64,000 nt of DNA from a virus, in the IMG/VR virus record IMGVR_UViG_3300050821_003315. The stretch is one strand, 5' to 3'. Positions 41,942 to 52,210 of the stretch are shown piece by piece. A program made the translations under genes and the position numbers. Within the stretch, counting starts at the first letter, position 1, and the number at the start of each line of letters is the position of its first letter. The notes beneath the pieces were generated by a model. That model had not been told where the DNA came from, searched no databases, and was given only the letters and a program-made list of their open reading frames with translations.

Positions 41942-42643
41942 ATGCCCGGACGCATTTCTGGTATGGAGGGTTTCAGTGAGGCGGGGGAGTGGGAGTTCGG
42001 AGCCGGAACAGTGAAGGGCTACAGGGAATGGCAACTTAAGTACTCTCGCAAGTTCCCTCAGGAGCCTCTGGTTCCCGACAACTATCTTATGGGTCACTGG
42101 GGTGGGCAGTGGACGGGTAGTGATTGGCAGGAAGCACGTTGCGACCTCGCTGAGAGAATGGCTCACCTAGAGCAGGACGCTCATAGTAATACCCTTCAGA
42201 CGATGTTGCCTGAATTTCACAGCCCTTCCGATATCCCGGCAGAGATGTGTGGTTGTGGTTTCTGGGCGTTCTGGGAGCCTACACGCAATGTTCACAAGAA
42301 TGGACCGGTGGACTTCAGCTACCCAGCGTTTACCCTTGACGGTTACTGGGCAGAATTTTCACTGCGTGATAAGCCTGCCTGGGTTAAGGCCCACATTCAA
42401 GGGGTAGGCGAGGGGGCCGGCCGCACCATCATAGGTGAAAAGGGATTCCGGTCTCAGAAGATGAAGATGATTGCGCTAGCTGTGGTGACGCCGAATAGGC
42501 ATCCTATATTCGACGCCTCCATGGAAAAGTTCTTCGACAAGACAGCTGAAGAAATGGCTGATGAAATTAAGCAGCTAGTTGAGCAGATTGTTCCGGGGGT
42601 TCCAATCGTTAATGAAGTAGAGAAGCTTAAGGAGTTTATGTAA
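41942..42643 (+). CDS. G(Y/F)RxW / CGCGxWAxW / IGExGFR family protein, copy 3
   Basis: Shared motifs. Confidence 0.8.
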   Translation: MPGRISGMEGFSEAGEWEFGAGTVKGYREWQLKYSRKFPQEPLVPDNYLMGHWGGQWTGSDWQEARCDLAERMAHLEQDAHSNTLQTMLPEFHSPSDIPAEMCGCGFWAFWEPTRNVHKNGPVDFSYPAFTLDGYWAEFSLRDKPAWVKAHIQGVGEGAGRTIIGEKGFRSQKMKMIALAVVTPNRHPIFDASMEKFFDKTAEEMADEIKQLVEQIVPGVPIVNEVEKLKEFM

Positions 42644-44256
42644 TGAAGATACGCTGGCTTGCGGCAGCTTTGCTGCCTACCGTACTACTATCGGTATTCG
42701 CTGCCGCACCAGCGTACTCAGCTCCGTCGCACAAGAGTCCTAAGCTCCATTTCAAGCCCGTTAATTCCATGTCATGGGGCACCATCACAAGTGGCGGGCA
42801 CTGCCTTACGGGTACGCCTAAGAACGGCGTTGCTGTGGCAGGAGAGACTTGCAATGGTACTAACGAGCAGCAGTGGAACTTGTCACTAGACGGAACTCTC
42901 ACCATGAGGGCTAGCGGTGGTGCTTACTGCCTGGACAATTCGTCTAACCACAACCCGCTAGAAGCTCAGATGTGGGAGTGCAATGTAGATAACGCACAGC
43001 ACTGGACCTACTCCCTACCAGGAATCATAACGGCTAAAGGTTCTGGTGCAAGCTTCCATGGAGACTGGGTGATGAACGGCGGGGCTTTCCCCGGCTTCAG
43101 TACTACACGCGGAGACGTGTCCCTTCATGGCCTGAACATGGTTGTGGGAGACAAGTACTACATTCCGCTAGGCATCAACCTTAATGGCACGCAGTATCCT
43201 TACGGCGTTGACCCCGGTCAGCTTGACAATGCCTGGTACCTTGACGGTCAAGGTCAGCCACAGTACACCTCGTGGGAAACACAAGCAGAAGACCAGGAAG
43301 ACGTTAGCGTTAACACCTGGCACGCCAATACAGTTCGCATCTTCATTAGCCAAGACACACTCGTGGACCCTGCTTCTGGAGATGTAGACGCTAATTACCT
43401 TGCCGGACTCAGGGAAGTAGTTAGTCATGCTCAAGCAGACGGACTGATGGTAGTACTAGTGGACCAGACTGAGCCAGACGCTATTGCCCACGACAACCAA
43501 CCACTACCCACGCACACTACCGTCAACGTGTGGAACGCACTTGCACCTTACTTCGCAGGTGACAACTCAGTAATCGTTGACCCGTTCAACGAGCCACGTT
43601 CGGACGACACAATGACTGACAACTCAATGTGGAACCTATGGCTTAACGGTGGCTTCTCGGGTGACACTACCTACGTTGGCATGAACTCACTAGTTGCGAC
43701 ACTACGGAGTGAGGGCTACACCAACATGCTGTGGGCAGAGACTCCTGACTTCACCGGAAACGTTGGAGAACAATCACTGGGACGAGTTGCTTCTGACTTC
43801 ACCGACTGGCACATCACAGACCCAGACAAGCTAACCGTGTACGAATTCCACCACCCTACTTCAGACGGTGTCGCTCGCACGTGGGCTAACTGGGATGTGC
43901 AGTTCGGCAACCTGGTAAAGCACCAGGAAGCCGCTGTAGTTAACGGTGAATGGAGCCAGCGCACTTTGCGTACCGGAACTCCCTTTTCTAATGGAGACGT
44001 AAATGAATGCTGGGGTGACGCTCCGGTGTCAGTTCCGCATTACTTGCGCTACCTGCAAGGCGAGGGAATAGGACTGCTGGGCTGGACGCTTGGTACGGGT
44101 GACGTTAACGGCAACGGCATCCTGAATCAAGATGATGGTAGTCCTGCTACGGCTAACAACTACAACACAACACCTTACTCCTGTTTGACTCCTGACACAC
44201 CCACCCAAGGCGCGGGCCAAGACCTCCAGTCCTGGTTCAGCACGCTAAACCCGTAA
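42643..44256 (+). CDS. Secreted ricin-B lectin + GH5-type (clan GH-A) glycoside hydrolase
   Basis: Signal peptide; CL...C.G...QQW and CLD...W.C....Q.W repeats; ANTVRI, FNEP acid/base, NGEW nucleophile, GLLGW. Confidence 0.85.
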   Translation: MKIRWLAAALLPTVLLSVFAAAPAYSAPSHKSPKLHFKPVNSMSWGTITSGGHCLTGTPKNGVAVAGETCNGTNEQQWNLSLDGTLTMRASGGAYCLDNSSNHNPLEAQMWECNVDNAQHWTYSLPGIITAKGSGASFHGDWVMNGGAFPGFSTTRGDVSLHGLNMVVGDKYYIPLGINLNGTQYPYGVDPGQLDNAWYLDGQGQPQYTSWETQAEDQEDVSVNTWHANTVRIFISQDTLVDPASGDVDANYLAGLREVVSHAQADGLMVVLVDQTEPDAIAHDNQPLPTHTTVNVWNALAPYFAGDNSVIVDPFNEPRSDDTMTDNSMWNLWLNGGFSGDTTYVGMNSLVATLRSEGYTNMLWAETPDFTGNVGEQSLGRVASDFTDWHITDPDKLTVYEFHHPTSDGVARTWANWDVQFGNLVKHQEAAVVNGEWSQRTLRTGTPFSNGDVNECWGDAPVSVPHYLRYLQGEGIGLLGWTLGTGDVNGNGILNQDDGSPATANNYNTTPYSCLTPDTPTQGAGQDLQSWFSTLNP

Positions 44257-44278
44257 CAATAACCCGAAAGGTAATTCA

Positions 44279-45703
44279 ATGACTGGGACCGATGTCGTTC
44301 TGTGGACACCGCCAGCCGCTCGCGCACCACGACTCAGCCCGACTGCAAAGCTCAAGCAGTCCGCTAGGGTTCTTGTCAGTGAAGTTTCCCGTGCGGTGGA
44401 CAAGATTCGCTACCGTGACCCTGCTAAGGCTGTTAAGACTGGCAGAGTTCTCGTAATGATTCCCGCCCACGACGAGCAGGATTCCATCGGCGTTACCATC
44501 ACTGCTCTTAAGCGTCAGACTCGTACGCCAGACCGCATCGTTGTTATTGCTGACAACTGTGGTGACAACACTGCTGGTGTTGCGCGGCAGTACGGTGCCA
44601 CTGTGATGGAGACTGTCGGTAATCGCGACAAGAAGACCGGTGCCCTTAACCAGGGGTGGGAACACCACCACAAGGGCTTCGAATACATCGCGGGTGTCGA
44701 TGCTGACACTGTTCTTGAGCCAGATGCGTTGCAGCATCTGGAGAAGGAACTACGCGAGGACCGAAACGTTGGTGGCGTAATGGCACGTTACACGTTCCAC
44801 CAAGAGGGGGGAATGCTAGTTCGCATGCAGCGAGTGGAGTTCAGTGACTGGACTGACTCACTCCTGCACAACAAGCGCAACACCTACGTCCTTGGCGGTC
44901 AGCTCAGCCTGTTCCGTGCTAGCGCGCTGCTGAAGGTGGCTGAGAAGCGCATGGGCGTCCCGTGGGACACCTCCAGCCAGGTTGAGGACATGCAGCTCAC
45001 GGGTGACCTGCGTGGCCTTGGCTACAAGACTACAGTTAACCCTGAGGCTAGGGCCTACCCCGGTGCCATGCACAACCTGAAGTCCCTGTGGGCACAGCGC
45101 CAGAAGTGGGACCAGGGTATCGCACGGCTCATCATGACATCGGGACTGAACAAGTGGACGGCAACTCTGGCTACTCAGGTAGCAGGACTGCTATTCAATG
45201 GGTTCATGCGACTGATGTTTGTCGTGATGCTTACCGCTTCACTGTCGGTGCATAAGTTTGACTGGTCTTGGTACTGGCTTATCCCGCCAGCGCTAGCTAT
45301 CTTGCTGAACATCCGGCAGACAATGCGGATGCCTAACAGGACACCACTGGATGTGGTATCAGCGGCAACGCTGGTTCCGGTAGAGCTTTACCTCATCTTC
45401 CGGGCTACGTCCATGACAGTGGCAACGTTCAAGGTCCTTACGGGCACGGGCAGTGATGGCTGGGCGACACAGAAGAAAGCAGAGTCCGGTAAGTCGATGG
45501 GCTTTGGCCCTAAGATTGTCGGGTTCTCCTTGCTACTCATCGGATTCGTTTACGGAGTAGTTACTGCGTGGCAGCACCTTCCCGGTGACTGGCAGGACTA
45601 CACCCTGCTTACAGGGTGGCGTATCCTTGCCGTGCTTACTGCCTTGCAGTGCCTGATGATGGTCAAGCGAATCCTGCGACGACACCGTGGGATGAAGCCG
45701 TGA
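44279..45703 (+). CDS. Processive membrane GT2 glycosyltransferase (PgaC/IcaA/cellulose-synthase-like)
   Basis: IPAHDE, ADNC.D, KTGALN, DAD, VED, QRQKW (QxxRW-like) motifs; C-terminal TM helices. Confidence 0.88.
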   Translation: MTGTDVVLWTPPAARAPRLSPTAKLKQSARVLVSEVSRAVDKIRYRDPAKAVKTGRVLVMIPAHDEQDSIGVTITALKRQTRTPDRIVVIADNCGDNTAGVARQYGATVMETVGNRDKKTGALNQGWEHHHKGFEYIAGVDADTVLEPDALQHLEKELREDRNVGGVMARYTFHQEGGMLVRMQRVEFSDWTDSLLHNKRNTYVLGGQLSLFRASALLKVAEKRMGVPWDTSSQVEDMQLTGDLRGLGYKTTVNPEARAYPGAMHNLKSLWAQRQKWDQGIARLIMTSGLNKWTATLATQVAGLLFNGFMRLMFVVMLTASLSVHKFDWSWYWLIPPALAILLNIRQTMRMPNRTPLDVVSAATLVPVELYLIFRATSMTVATFKVLTGTGSDGWATQKKAESGKSMGFGPKIVGFSLLLIGFVYGVVTAWQHLPGDWQDYTLLTGWRILAVLTALQCLMMVKRILRRHRGMKP

Positions 45704-45719
45704 GGCAGGGAATAGCCGC

Positions 45720-46445
45720 GTGAAGGTTCTAGAGCTGTTCGCTTGCGCGGGTGGGGCATCGCGCGGCCTAGTTGCAGCTGGTAATCAGGTGATAGCTACT
45801 GACATCGATGCTGGTTACCTGTACCACAACCCTATTGGTATCGATTCATATGATGGTTCACCACACGGTGGATTCAACGCACCTGTTCGTCAACCTTGGG
45901 AGTGGATAGCGGAAAACGCGCTATCTACTATCGAGGTATTGCCCTGGCAAGATGCGCTAGACAAGCATGCCGACTGGGCAGACTGGATATGGGCGAGTCC
46001 ACCGTGCCAGCTTTACAGCGTGACTAGTCCGCTAAGTGGGGAGGGATATGAAGACCTTGTAAGTCCTGTGCGTGAAAGACTACTTAGTATTGGCAAGCCT
46101 TACGTGATAGAGAATGTGCCTGAGGCTCCGCTGGTAACTCCGTTGATGCTTTGCGGTTGTATGTTCTACGGTCTTCGCGTGTATCGGCCGAGGCATTTCG
46201 AGAGCAATCTAAGCTTGGCGCAGCCTGACCACTACCCGCACAAGCAAACTGTAGTTAAGATGGGTCGTCCGGCAGAACTAGGCAAGAGGATTTCCTGCCA
46301 AGGGCACGTATCCAACCTGCACGTAACAAGAGCGGGGATGGGTTACGACCCTGATGACCTCATTCCTCAGCGAGCGCTTAGTGAAAGCATCCCACCACAC
46401 TTCGCGTTCTACATCGCACAAGAAATGAACAGGCTACTTTCATGA
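45720..46445 (+). CDS. C5-cytosine DNA methyltransferase (short phage type)
   Basis: ELFACAGG motif I, ASPPCQ motif IV, VIENV motif VI, R.R.FE. Confidence 0.85.
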   Translation: MKVLELFACAGGASRGLVAAGNQVIATDIDAGYLYHNPIGIDSYDGSPHGGFNAPVRQPWEWIAENALSTIEVLPWQDALDKHADWADWIWASPPCQLYSVTSPLSGEGYEDLVSPVRERLLSIGKPYVIENVPEAPLVTPLMLCGCMFYGLRVYRPRHFESNLSLAQPDHYPHKQTVVKMGRPAELGKRISCQGHVSNLHVTRAGMGYDPDDLIPQRALSESIPPHFAFYIAQEMNRLLS

Positions 46446-46867
46446 AGCTGCGAAACCTCATCTACCCTCTGATTACGATTGGAGCCATTGCATGCTTGGC
46501 CGGTTGTTCCGTTCCTGGTTGGCATCATTCGATTCCTTCTCCGACGACGACCCCTACGGCTACGAAGATTGCGAAGCCACACCCGAGAGTCCACCCTCAG
46601 CCTAAGCCAGTCAAGCCCGGTGCACTGGTGTCTGTGTTCCGCACCGATGGCTTGAATCCTGTCGTCAAGGTGGACGCACAAGGCACTCCGTACGTCGTGG
46701 CCGCCCTGGACGGGACTACATGGACCTGCTACCCCGGCAAGGGCTTCACCCTTAACGCTACGGGCGGCGTCAGGCTAGACGGCTGGACGTGCTCCACTGA
46801 CAGCATCAGCACCGCTGATGTACTAGGGTTTGCTGCTCTCACCGGCGGCAAGATTGTTCGAGGATAA
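46442..46867 (+). CDS. Lipoprotein
   Basis: LAGC lipobox; Pro/Thr linker. Confidence 0.7.
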   Translation: MKLRNLIYPLITIGAIACLAGCSVPGWHHSIPSPTTTPTATKIAKPHPRVHPQPKPVKPGALVSVFRTDGLNPVVKVDAQGTPYVVAALDGTTWTCYPGKGFTLNATGGVRLDGWTCSTDSISTADVLGFAALTGGKIVRG

Positions 46868-46876
46868 GGAGTTAGC

Positions 46877-47764
46877 ATGTCTGATGCTCTGCTAAAGAAG
46901 CACAAGCTTAGGGTCACTGACCGTGGCTTGCTGCTGATGTGGGGTGCTGTACTATCGCAGGTCGCTGTGCCTATTGGCTCGGCTATCTACTTTCTGGTCA
47001 CTCAGGTCGCATACCAGACCAGGTACGGTAACACCACTACCACCTTCATCGGCCTGAAGGACACGTGGGACCGCCTGCCTGTTCACATTCAGAACGCACT
47101 GCACAACAAGTACCTAGGACATGTCTACCAGGCATTCGGACTGCACAGTCAGTCAGCACCTACCTGGTGGGTTACCGCTCGGCATGACGCACGACATGTG
47201 CTCATTGGTTTCCTGGGTACCTTGCTCGTGCTGGGTATCATGGTGGGCTTTAAGTATGTGAAGAAGCTTAAGTGGCCTGCAATGCTGGGACATCTTGTCC
47301 TTGCGTTCCTAGCTTCGGCTGCTGTTGCTGCCATCATGATTGTCCTGCTGTCTCACGGGCTTGCGTTTGCTGAGCACTGGGGTACCAAGAGTGGTAACCC
47401 GTGGGTTGCTGACTGGGTTAACAAGGGGTCGTGGCAGCTAACTATCATTGGTATCGCCGCTGGTATTCCTGCACATAAGATTCTGGCTCCGGTGTTCGGG
47501 ACGTTCCAGACCATGCAAGCGGAGAAGCGACTTGCCCGCAAGTCCCCGCCGCCTAAGTGGTTCCCGCCGAACTACCGACACCGTTACGCCTACCTTGATG
47601 ACAAATACGACGACCAGCAGGAAGCTGCGCTTCGCGTGGCAAACCAGAGCAAGGTCTTGAAGGTGGCCCTATTCATTGCGATTCCGGTGCTCATGTTCTT
47701 GCTAGGGTTCGGAATTTGGTTGAACTATCTGGGCGGGCCAGCCACTCACGCGCTAGGCCACTAG
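46877..47764 (+). CDS. Multi-pass membrane protein
   Basis: AAGGAG RBS; about five hydrophobic helices. Confidence 0.8.
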   Translation: MSDALLKKHKLRVTDRGLLLMWGAVLSQVAVPIGSAIYFLVTQVAYQTRYGNTTTTFIGLKDTWDRLPVHIQNALHNKYLGHVYQAFGLHSQSAPTWWVTARHDARHVLIGFLGTLLVLGIMVGFKYVKKLKWPAMLGHLVLAFLASAAVAAIMIVLLSHGLAFAEHWGTKSGNPWVADWVNKGSWQLTIIGIAAGIPAHKILAPVFGTFQTMQAEKRLARKSPPPKWFPPNYRHRYAYLDDKYDDQQEAALRVANQSKVLKVALFIAIPVLMFLLGFGIWLNYLGGPATHALGH

Positions 47765-47790
47765 GGAATACTCATGACCGGGACAGCGTT
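47765..47790 (+). promoter_or_regulatory. SigR/SigH-type ECF promoter, likely driving a leaderless ORF from 47800
   Basis: GGAAT-N18-GTT followed 9 nt later by an ATG with no RBS. Confidence 0.65.
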
Positions 47791-47799
47791 GTTCCGGTC

Positions 47800-48006
47800 A
47801 TGAAGTTCATCCCCGCACTTGACGGTAGTTTCATCGGCGTAGACCACGTTGCTCGCCTGTTTTTCAGGGAGAACGTCACCAGAGGTACGTGGGAAGTGTG
47901 CGCTTCTGTTGTGGGTCCGCAACAGCCTTTCGTCCTTCACCAGGCTGCGTCATCAGAGTCAGCGCGCACCCTCATCAGGCATCTCATAGAGCAAATCGGG
48001 GGATAG
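47800..48006 (+). CDS. Hypothetical protein
   Basis: MKFIPALDG..., within track ORF 47716..48006. Confidence 0.55.
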   Translation: MKFIPALDGSFIGVDHVARLFFRENVTRGTWEVCASVVGPQQPFVLHQAASSESARTLIRHLIEQIGG

Positions 48007-48182
48007 ATGGCTCAGTGGTCTGAACGAGATATGGCCGCTGTACTAGCGGCAGCGGTAGAACAGCTTACTGTTGTGAAGAACACGCACTTCATGGGACAAG
48101 TAGGTAACGTGTTCCAGTTTGAAGTGAAGCTTCGCAACGCACAGACCTTTATAGTTAACGTCGCAGAGAAGTAGGAGATGTC

Positions 48183-48983
48183 ATGACGGTGACCTTGACA
48201 GGTTCCCGTGCGATGAAGCGCTGGTATCCAGATGCGCGGGAGCCTAATGGTGACTGGGACTACATCAGCGCCGAGCCAACCAACCCACCTGCGGACCTCT
48301 TCCCCGAGCGCCGTTATGATGTGTTCACTGACGAGCGACTGGATGCTTGGCCGTGGTGTTCGCTGGCAAGTCCTAATGAGTTGTACACGCTTAAGATTTC
48401 TCATAGCTTCTGGGAAATTAACGGCCCGCGTGACTGGGATAAGCATGCTTATGACATCGTGTTCTTGTCACGTAAAGGCTGTCAGTTCCTACGTTCGCTG
48501 TACGATATCCTCTTCCCTATCTGGAAAGAACGCTACAAGAAGCACTCGACTAACCTGAACCAGAACGCTGACAAGTTCTTTGCTGACGCTGTAGTCCGTA
48601 AATACGTGCACGACTCGGTGCACGACTCGGTAGCCTACGGCGAGCGGCCTCTATACGAGGCCATCCTGCGGGACGGCTCGGACGTTCTCGTGGACAACGC
48701 CAAGTTCTGGTCGATGGACTTCGAAACTCAGGTTAAGCTGGTACGCGAGGAAATCTACACCACGGCACTGGAGCGCATCCTGATTCCTCAGCAGTACCGG
48801 GGGTCGCCACGAGCGGCCTACCACTGGGCGCTACGGCGTACGGCCACGAGCCTGTTTAAGGGAGAGTGGGCACTGTTTTTGATGCTTAACCTGGACCTAC
48901 TCATGACGCCTGACTGTGACTACGTGAGCAGGCACCTAGACAACAAGCACAAGCTGCAACTGACAGGAGAGGTCAATGACTGA
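48183..48983 (+). CDS. Phage nucleotidyltransferase-like protein
   Basis: GS...D.D (TGSRAM...DWDY), LYTLK.SH..W, KY.HD..H motifs. Confidence 0.6.
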   Translation: MTVTLTGSRAMKRWYPDAREPNGDWDYISAEPTNPPADLFPERRYDVFTDERLDAWPWCSLASPNELYTLKISHSFWEINGPRDWDKHAYDIVFLSRKGCQFLRSLYDILFPIWKERYKKHSTNLNQNADKFFADAVVRKYVHDSVHDSVAYGERPLYEAILRDGSDVLVDNAKFWSMDFETQVKLVREEIYTTALERILIPQQYRGSPRAAYHWALRRTATSLFKGEWALFLMLNLDLLMTPDCDYVSRHLDNKHKLQLTGEVND

Positions 48984-49305
48984 GTACTCCCTCGCTGAGG
49001 TTAAGGAAGCCGCTGAAGCTCTCAACTGGGACGTGGTGGCCCGGCGTGGGGCCGGGCATCTCGGTGCCCTGTGGCTTCATGACGAGCCTGTTACGTTCAC
49101 CATCGTGGACGCCAAGGTCGGTAGTCATTTCGATGGTTACGAGCAAGACGCGCAAGAGAACTTCGTCATCTTCGAGATAGGCAACCAGCTCTTTAAGAAA
49201 GAGGGATGGTCTGATTCTTACGGAGACTCCGAGTGGGATGGAAATGTGACTGAGGTAAAGGCGTCCAAGAAGTACACCACCGTCTACGAGCCGAAGAACG
49301 ACTAG
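48976..49305 (+). CDS. Hypothetical protein, paralogue A
   Basis: QLF.KEG..S.YG..WDG...EV....K..TVYEPK. Confidence 0.75.
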   Translation: MTEYSLAEVKEAAEALNWDVVARRGAGHLGALWLHDEPVTFTIVDAKVGSHFDGYEQDAQENFVIFEIGNQLFKKEGWSDSYGDSEWDGNVTEVKASKKYTTVYEPKND

Positions 49306-49313
49306 GAGAAGCG

Positions 49314-49646
49314 ATAACTGACTACACTCGCGCGGAAGTTCTAGAAGCCCTTCAGGAAATCCTTGACGATGTTGGCTGGGGTGAGCTGAACTCCGACCTA
49401 TATAGCAGCTACGGCAGTCGCCATACTTACACCATCACCTTGCGAGGCGAAGAGGTTCGCCTTAAGGGTGAAGAGAATTACGGTGGCCTTGACCTGGGGT
49501 CGGAAGCGTGGATGGTTATCCGCATCGGTGACCAGCTATTCCGTAAGGAAGGTTACTACGCCTCCCACTATGGCTACGACTGGGACGGTACCTTTGAAGA
49601 GGTAGAGGCTAAGCCTAAGACCATCACTGTCTACGAGCCTAAGTAG
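49314..49646 (+). CDS. Hypothetical protein, paralogue B (ATA at the expected start)
   Basis: AGGAG RBS then ATA-ACT-GAC-TAC, aligning with MTEY of paralogue A; open frame into track ORF 49440..49646. Confidence 0.7.
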   Translation: MTDYTRAEVLEALQEILDDVGWGELNSDLYSSYGSRHTYTITLRGEEVRLKGEENYGGLDLGSEAWMVIRIGDQLFRKEGYYASHYGYDWDGTFEEVEAKPKTITVYEPK

Positions 49647-50102
49647 ACGACATGGACGACTCAACGTTTGACGAAGAGTTCCCGTGTGATGGTCTTAGCA
49701 ACAGGACTCTGCAAGACTGGATACAGACGCAGGGTTTTTTGCTAGACATACAGGACGAGTACTCTCCTGGGGCATTCTTCGCACCACCCGTGCGACGGTT
49801 CCAGAGTGCCTAGCCTCACCACTACTAAGGAGGTGTTCCCCGTGGGTCCTGCAACTGGCTACGGGGAACCCATCCTTGAATGCTGGCTGTGCGGTGGTGG
49901 AGGACAGCGCTATGAAGCGCTTAACTACATGCTGCACTGCACTACGTGTGATGTTATCTGGATGGCGAGGTCGTGTGACAGGGACGGTTATCTCCCTAAA
50001 GTCAAGTACGACTACCAGATATGGCGGGGACAAGACGGTTGTGAGGAACGACTTCCTTACGCTGACTTCTCCCAGCCGGGACCGCCTCACGCGCCAGCCT
50101 AG

Positions 50103-50128
50103 GGAATACTCACCCTTGGCAACTTGTT
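50103..50128 (+). promoter_or_regulatory. SigR/SigH-type ECF promoter
   Basis: GGAAT-N18-GTT immediately after the upstream stop codon. Confidence 0.7.
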
Positions 50129-50155
50129 ACAACATACGACATGACGGAGGTAAAG

Positions 50156-50293
50156 ATGATTCCGACACCACGCAACGGGGATATCGGCAAGCCCCTGCGG
50201 AAGATTGAGCTGGAGCCGCTGGAGGAGCCAGCGGAGTCCCCGGTCACTGAGCCTGCTGCTCCCGAGCCTGCCCGCGAGCCAGTTCCAGCCTAG
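50156..50293 (+). CDS. 45-aa Pro/Glu-rich peptide, not in the ORF track
   Basis: GGAGG RBS; MIPTPRNGDIGKPLRKIELEPLEEPAESPVTEPAAPEPAREPVPA. Confidence 0.65.
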   Translation: MIPTPRNGDIGKPLRKIELEPLEEPAESPVTEPAAPEPAREPVPA

Positions 50294-51078
50294 CAGTACA
50301 CACGTGGAGGACCGGATGAGTAAGAACCAAGAGTCGGGGGACGCTAATCCGGTCCTCTACCGTACTGCCCTAAAGGCATTCGAACGTTATCTGGACATGG
50401 GACTGTTCCTTAAAGGTGACAAGCTGTTTCCTGCACTGTCCCTTAAGGTAATTGAGCGAGCACGACAGGAGTCACAAGGCAATGCCTAACGCATTCATCT
50501 ACCCACACGACGGCGAGTTCGTAGAAGTTACAATCAAGGGCTGGGTTAGGCTGTCGGACGCTAATGGCTTTAACGTAAAGGATGACTCCGGCATGGAGTC
50601 TTACGTTCACCCGGCTCACATCGTGACAGTTAAGTCTATTGAAAAACCGCTAATCCCCGGCGCTATATACCGAGATGATGCAGGCGTAGTCTGGCAGGTC
50701 ACTAACGCGGAGGTACCGCTACGCAGGTTCGGAGACGTTGGCCATTACTCGCGGAACAGCGCTAGGGGAAATCTCACTCTGCTGTGGCAGCCGGATGCGT
50801 CGCGTTAAGCTTGCCCCTGGTGAGAGCACGATGTTCTGGGAACATGAAGCTGACGGCTCCCGAATTCTCGTGCTCAGGAAAACAGGGGGGCGATACGAGA
50901 AGCTTGCTGCTGTCAGCCGTGGGCCTGTTCGAGGCTGGGTAATACAGTCTCAGTCCGGGATGCTAATAGGGTGCGAGAAGTTCCGCAAGAAAGCAATGCG
51001 CCAGGGTGAAGCATGGATTCTTGACAAATTGCATACAGCGCACCTGGCGGGCAGTAAAGAGAAAGGGGTGGACGTGTA

Positions 51079-51516
51079 ATGCCTGTACCTGATGGGGTCT
51101 CTATGGCTGCGTGGGAAGTCGCTAACTTCCATGCGATGTTCGACCTGCCCATGCGCAACACACCCGCGCAGCCTGCAAGCATTGACAATCAGGAGATAAG
51201 CCTGCGTTCATCTCTTCAGTGGGAGGAAACGCGTGAGCTTGTTGAGGCTCTTGAATCAGATGAACTCGTGGCTATCGCCAAGGAACTTGCTGATGTCGTT
51301 TACGTAGCCTATGGAACTGCGATTACTTACGGCATCAACCTGGACGAGGTTTTGCGGTTGGTTCACGCGTCTAACATGTCCAAGCTTGGTTCAGACGCGA
51401 TACCTATTCTGCGCGACGACGGCAAGATTCTAAAGGGACCGCACTACATGCCCGCAGAACCTGCCATCAAGCGGCTACTGGAGAATCAGGAAGAGCTGCC
51501 TTGGGATGAACAGTAG
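51079..51516 (+). CDS. MazG-like nucleotide pyrophosphohydrolase
   Basis: EETREL...KELADVVYV.YG...VH.SNMSK...R.DGKILKGP. Confidence 0.9.
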   Translation: MPVPDGVSMAAWEVANFHAMFDLPMRNTPAQPASIDNQEISLRSSLQWEETRELVEALESDELVAIAKELADVVYVAYGTAITYGINLDEVLRLVHASNMSKLGSDAIPILRDDGKILKGPHYMPAEPAIKRLLENQEELPWDEQ

Positions 51517-52210
51517 TGCACTGGGACCACGAACATCACTGTCACGTGCACAAGCGGCCAACCGCTGCCTCTGGCAAACTGTGGGAGTGGTATTGCAGCA
51601 ACCCTGAGTGCCGTCAGTACGGGGCTTCTCCTTACTGGAAGCGCACTATGCGCTACGCTCTGGAGCACGTCTACACCATGAGGCTCGTGGAGATAGCAGT
51701 GCTTGGCACTACGGGGAGGAAAGCGTTGACGTGAAACCTGAAATTGTCCTCACTAAAGAGCACTGTTACTTTTACTGGTCGCCTCTAGCCAAGAGTCCTA
51801 TCCGTAGCAGAAGCTGGCGCGACTGGGTACACCTTTACATTAGCTTTAACAGTTCGGTGTACTGGCTTCACATTGAGCTAGGCCCCTTGTTCTGCGGAGT
51901 GGAGAAATTCGAATGATAGAAGTGGAGCTAGAGAAGTACCAGTTCGGCTTCCACGTCGGTGGCATAGACGAGCATGGTGTCTCCCATGAGACACCGCTAC
52001 AGGGTGAGGTCCTTCTCAGCCCGGTGAGCGGAAGCGACGGCCTGCCGGATACAGAATTTCTTGTATTTGACTGGTTCAGGTATGACCCGGCGATTCGAAA
52101 GAAAGTCGGCAAGCTTCTGCATTACCTGGACCTGGTTATGGAAGACGCAGATGTTGCCATCCTTACCTTCGCATCACCTCCGCTTAAGCAAGTCACTATT
52201 AGGATTGTAG

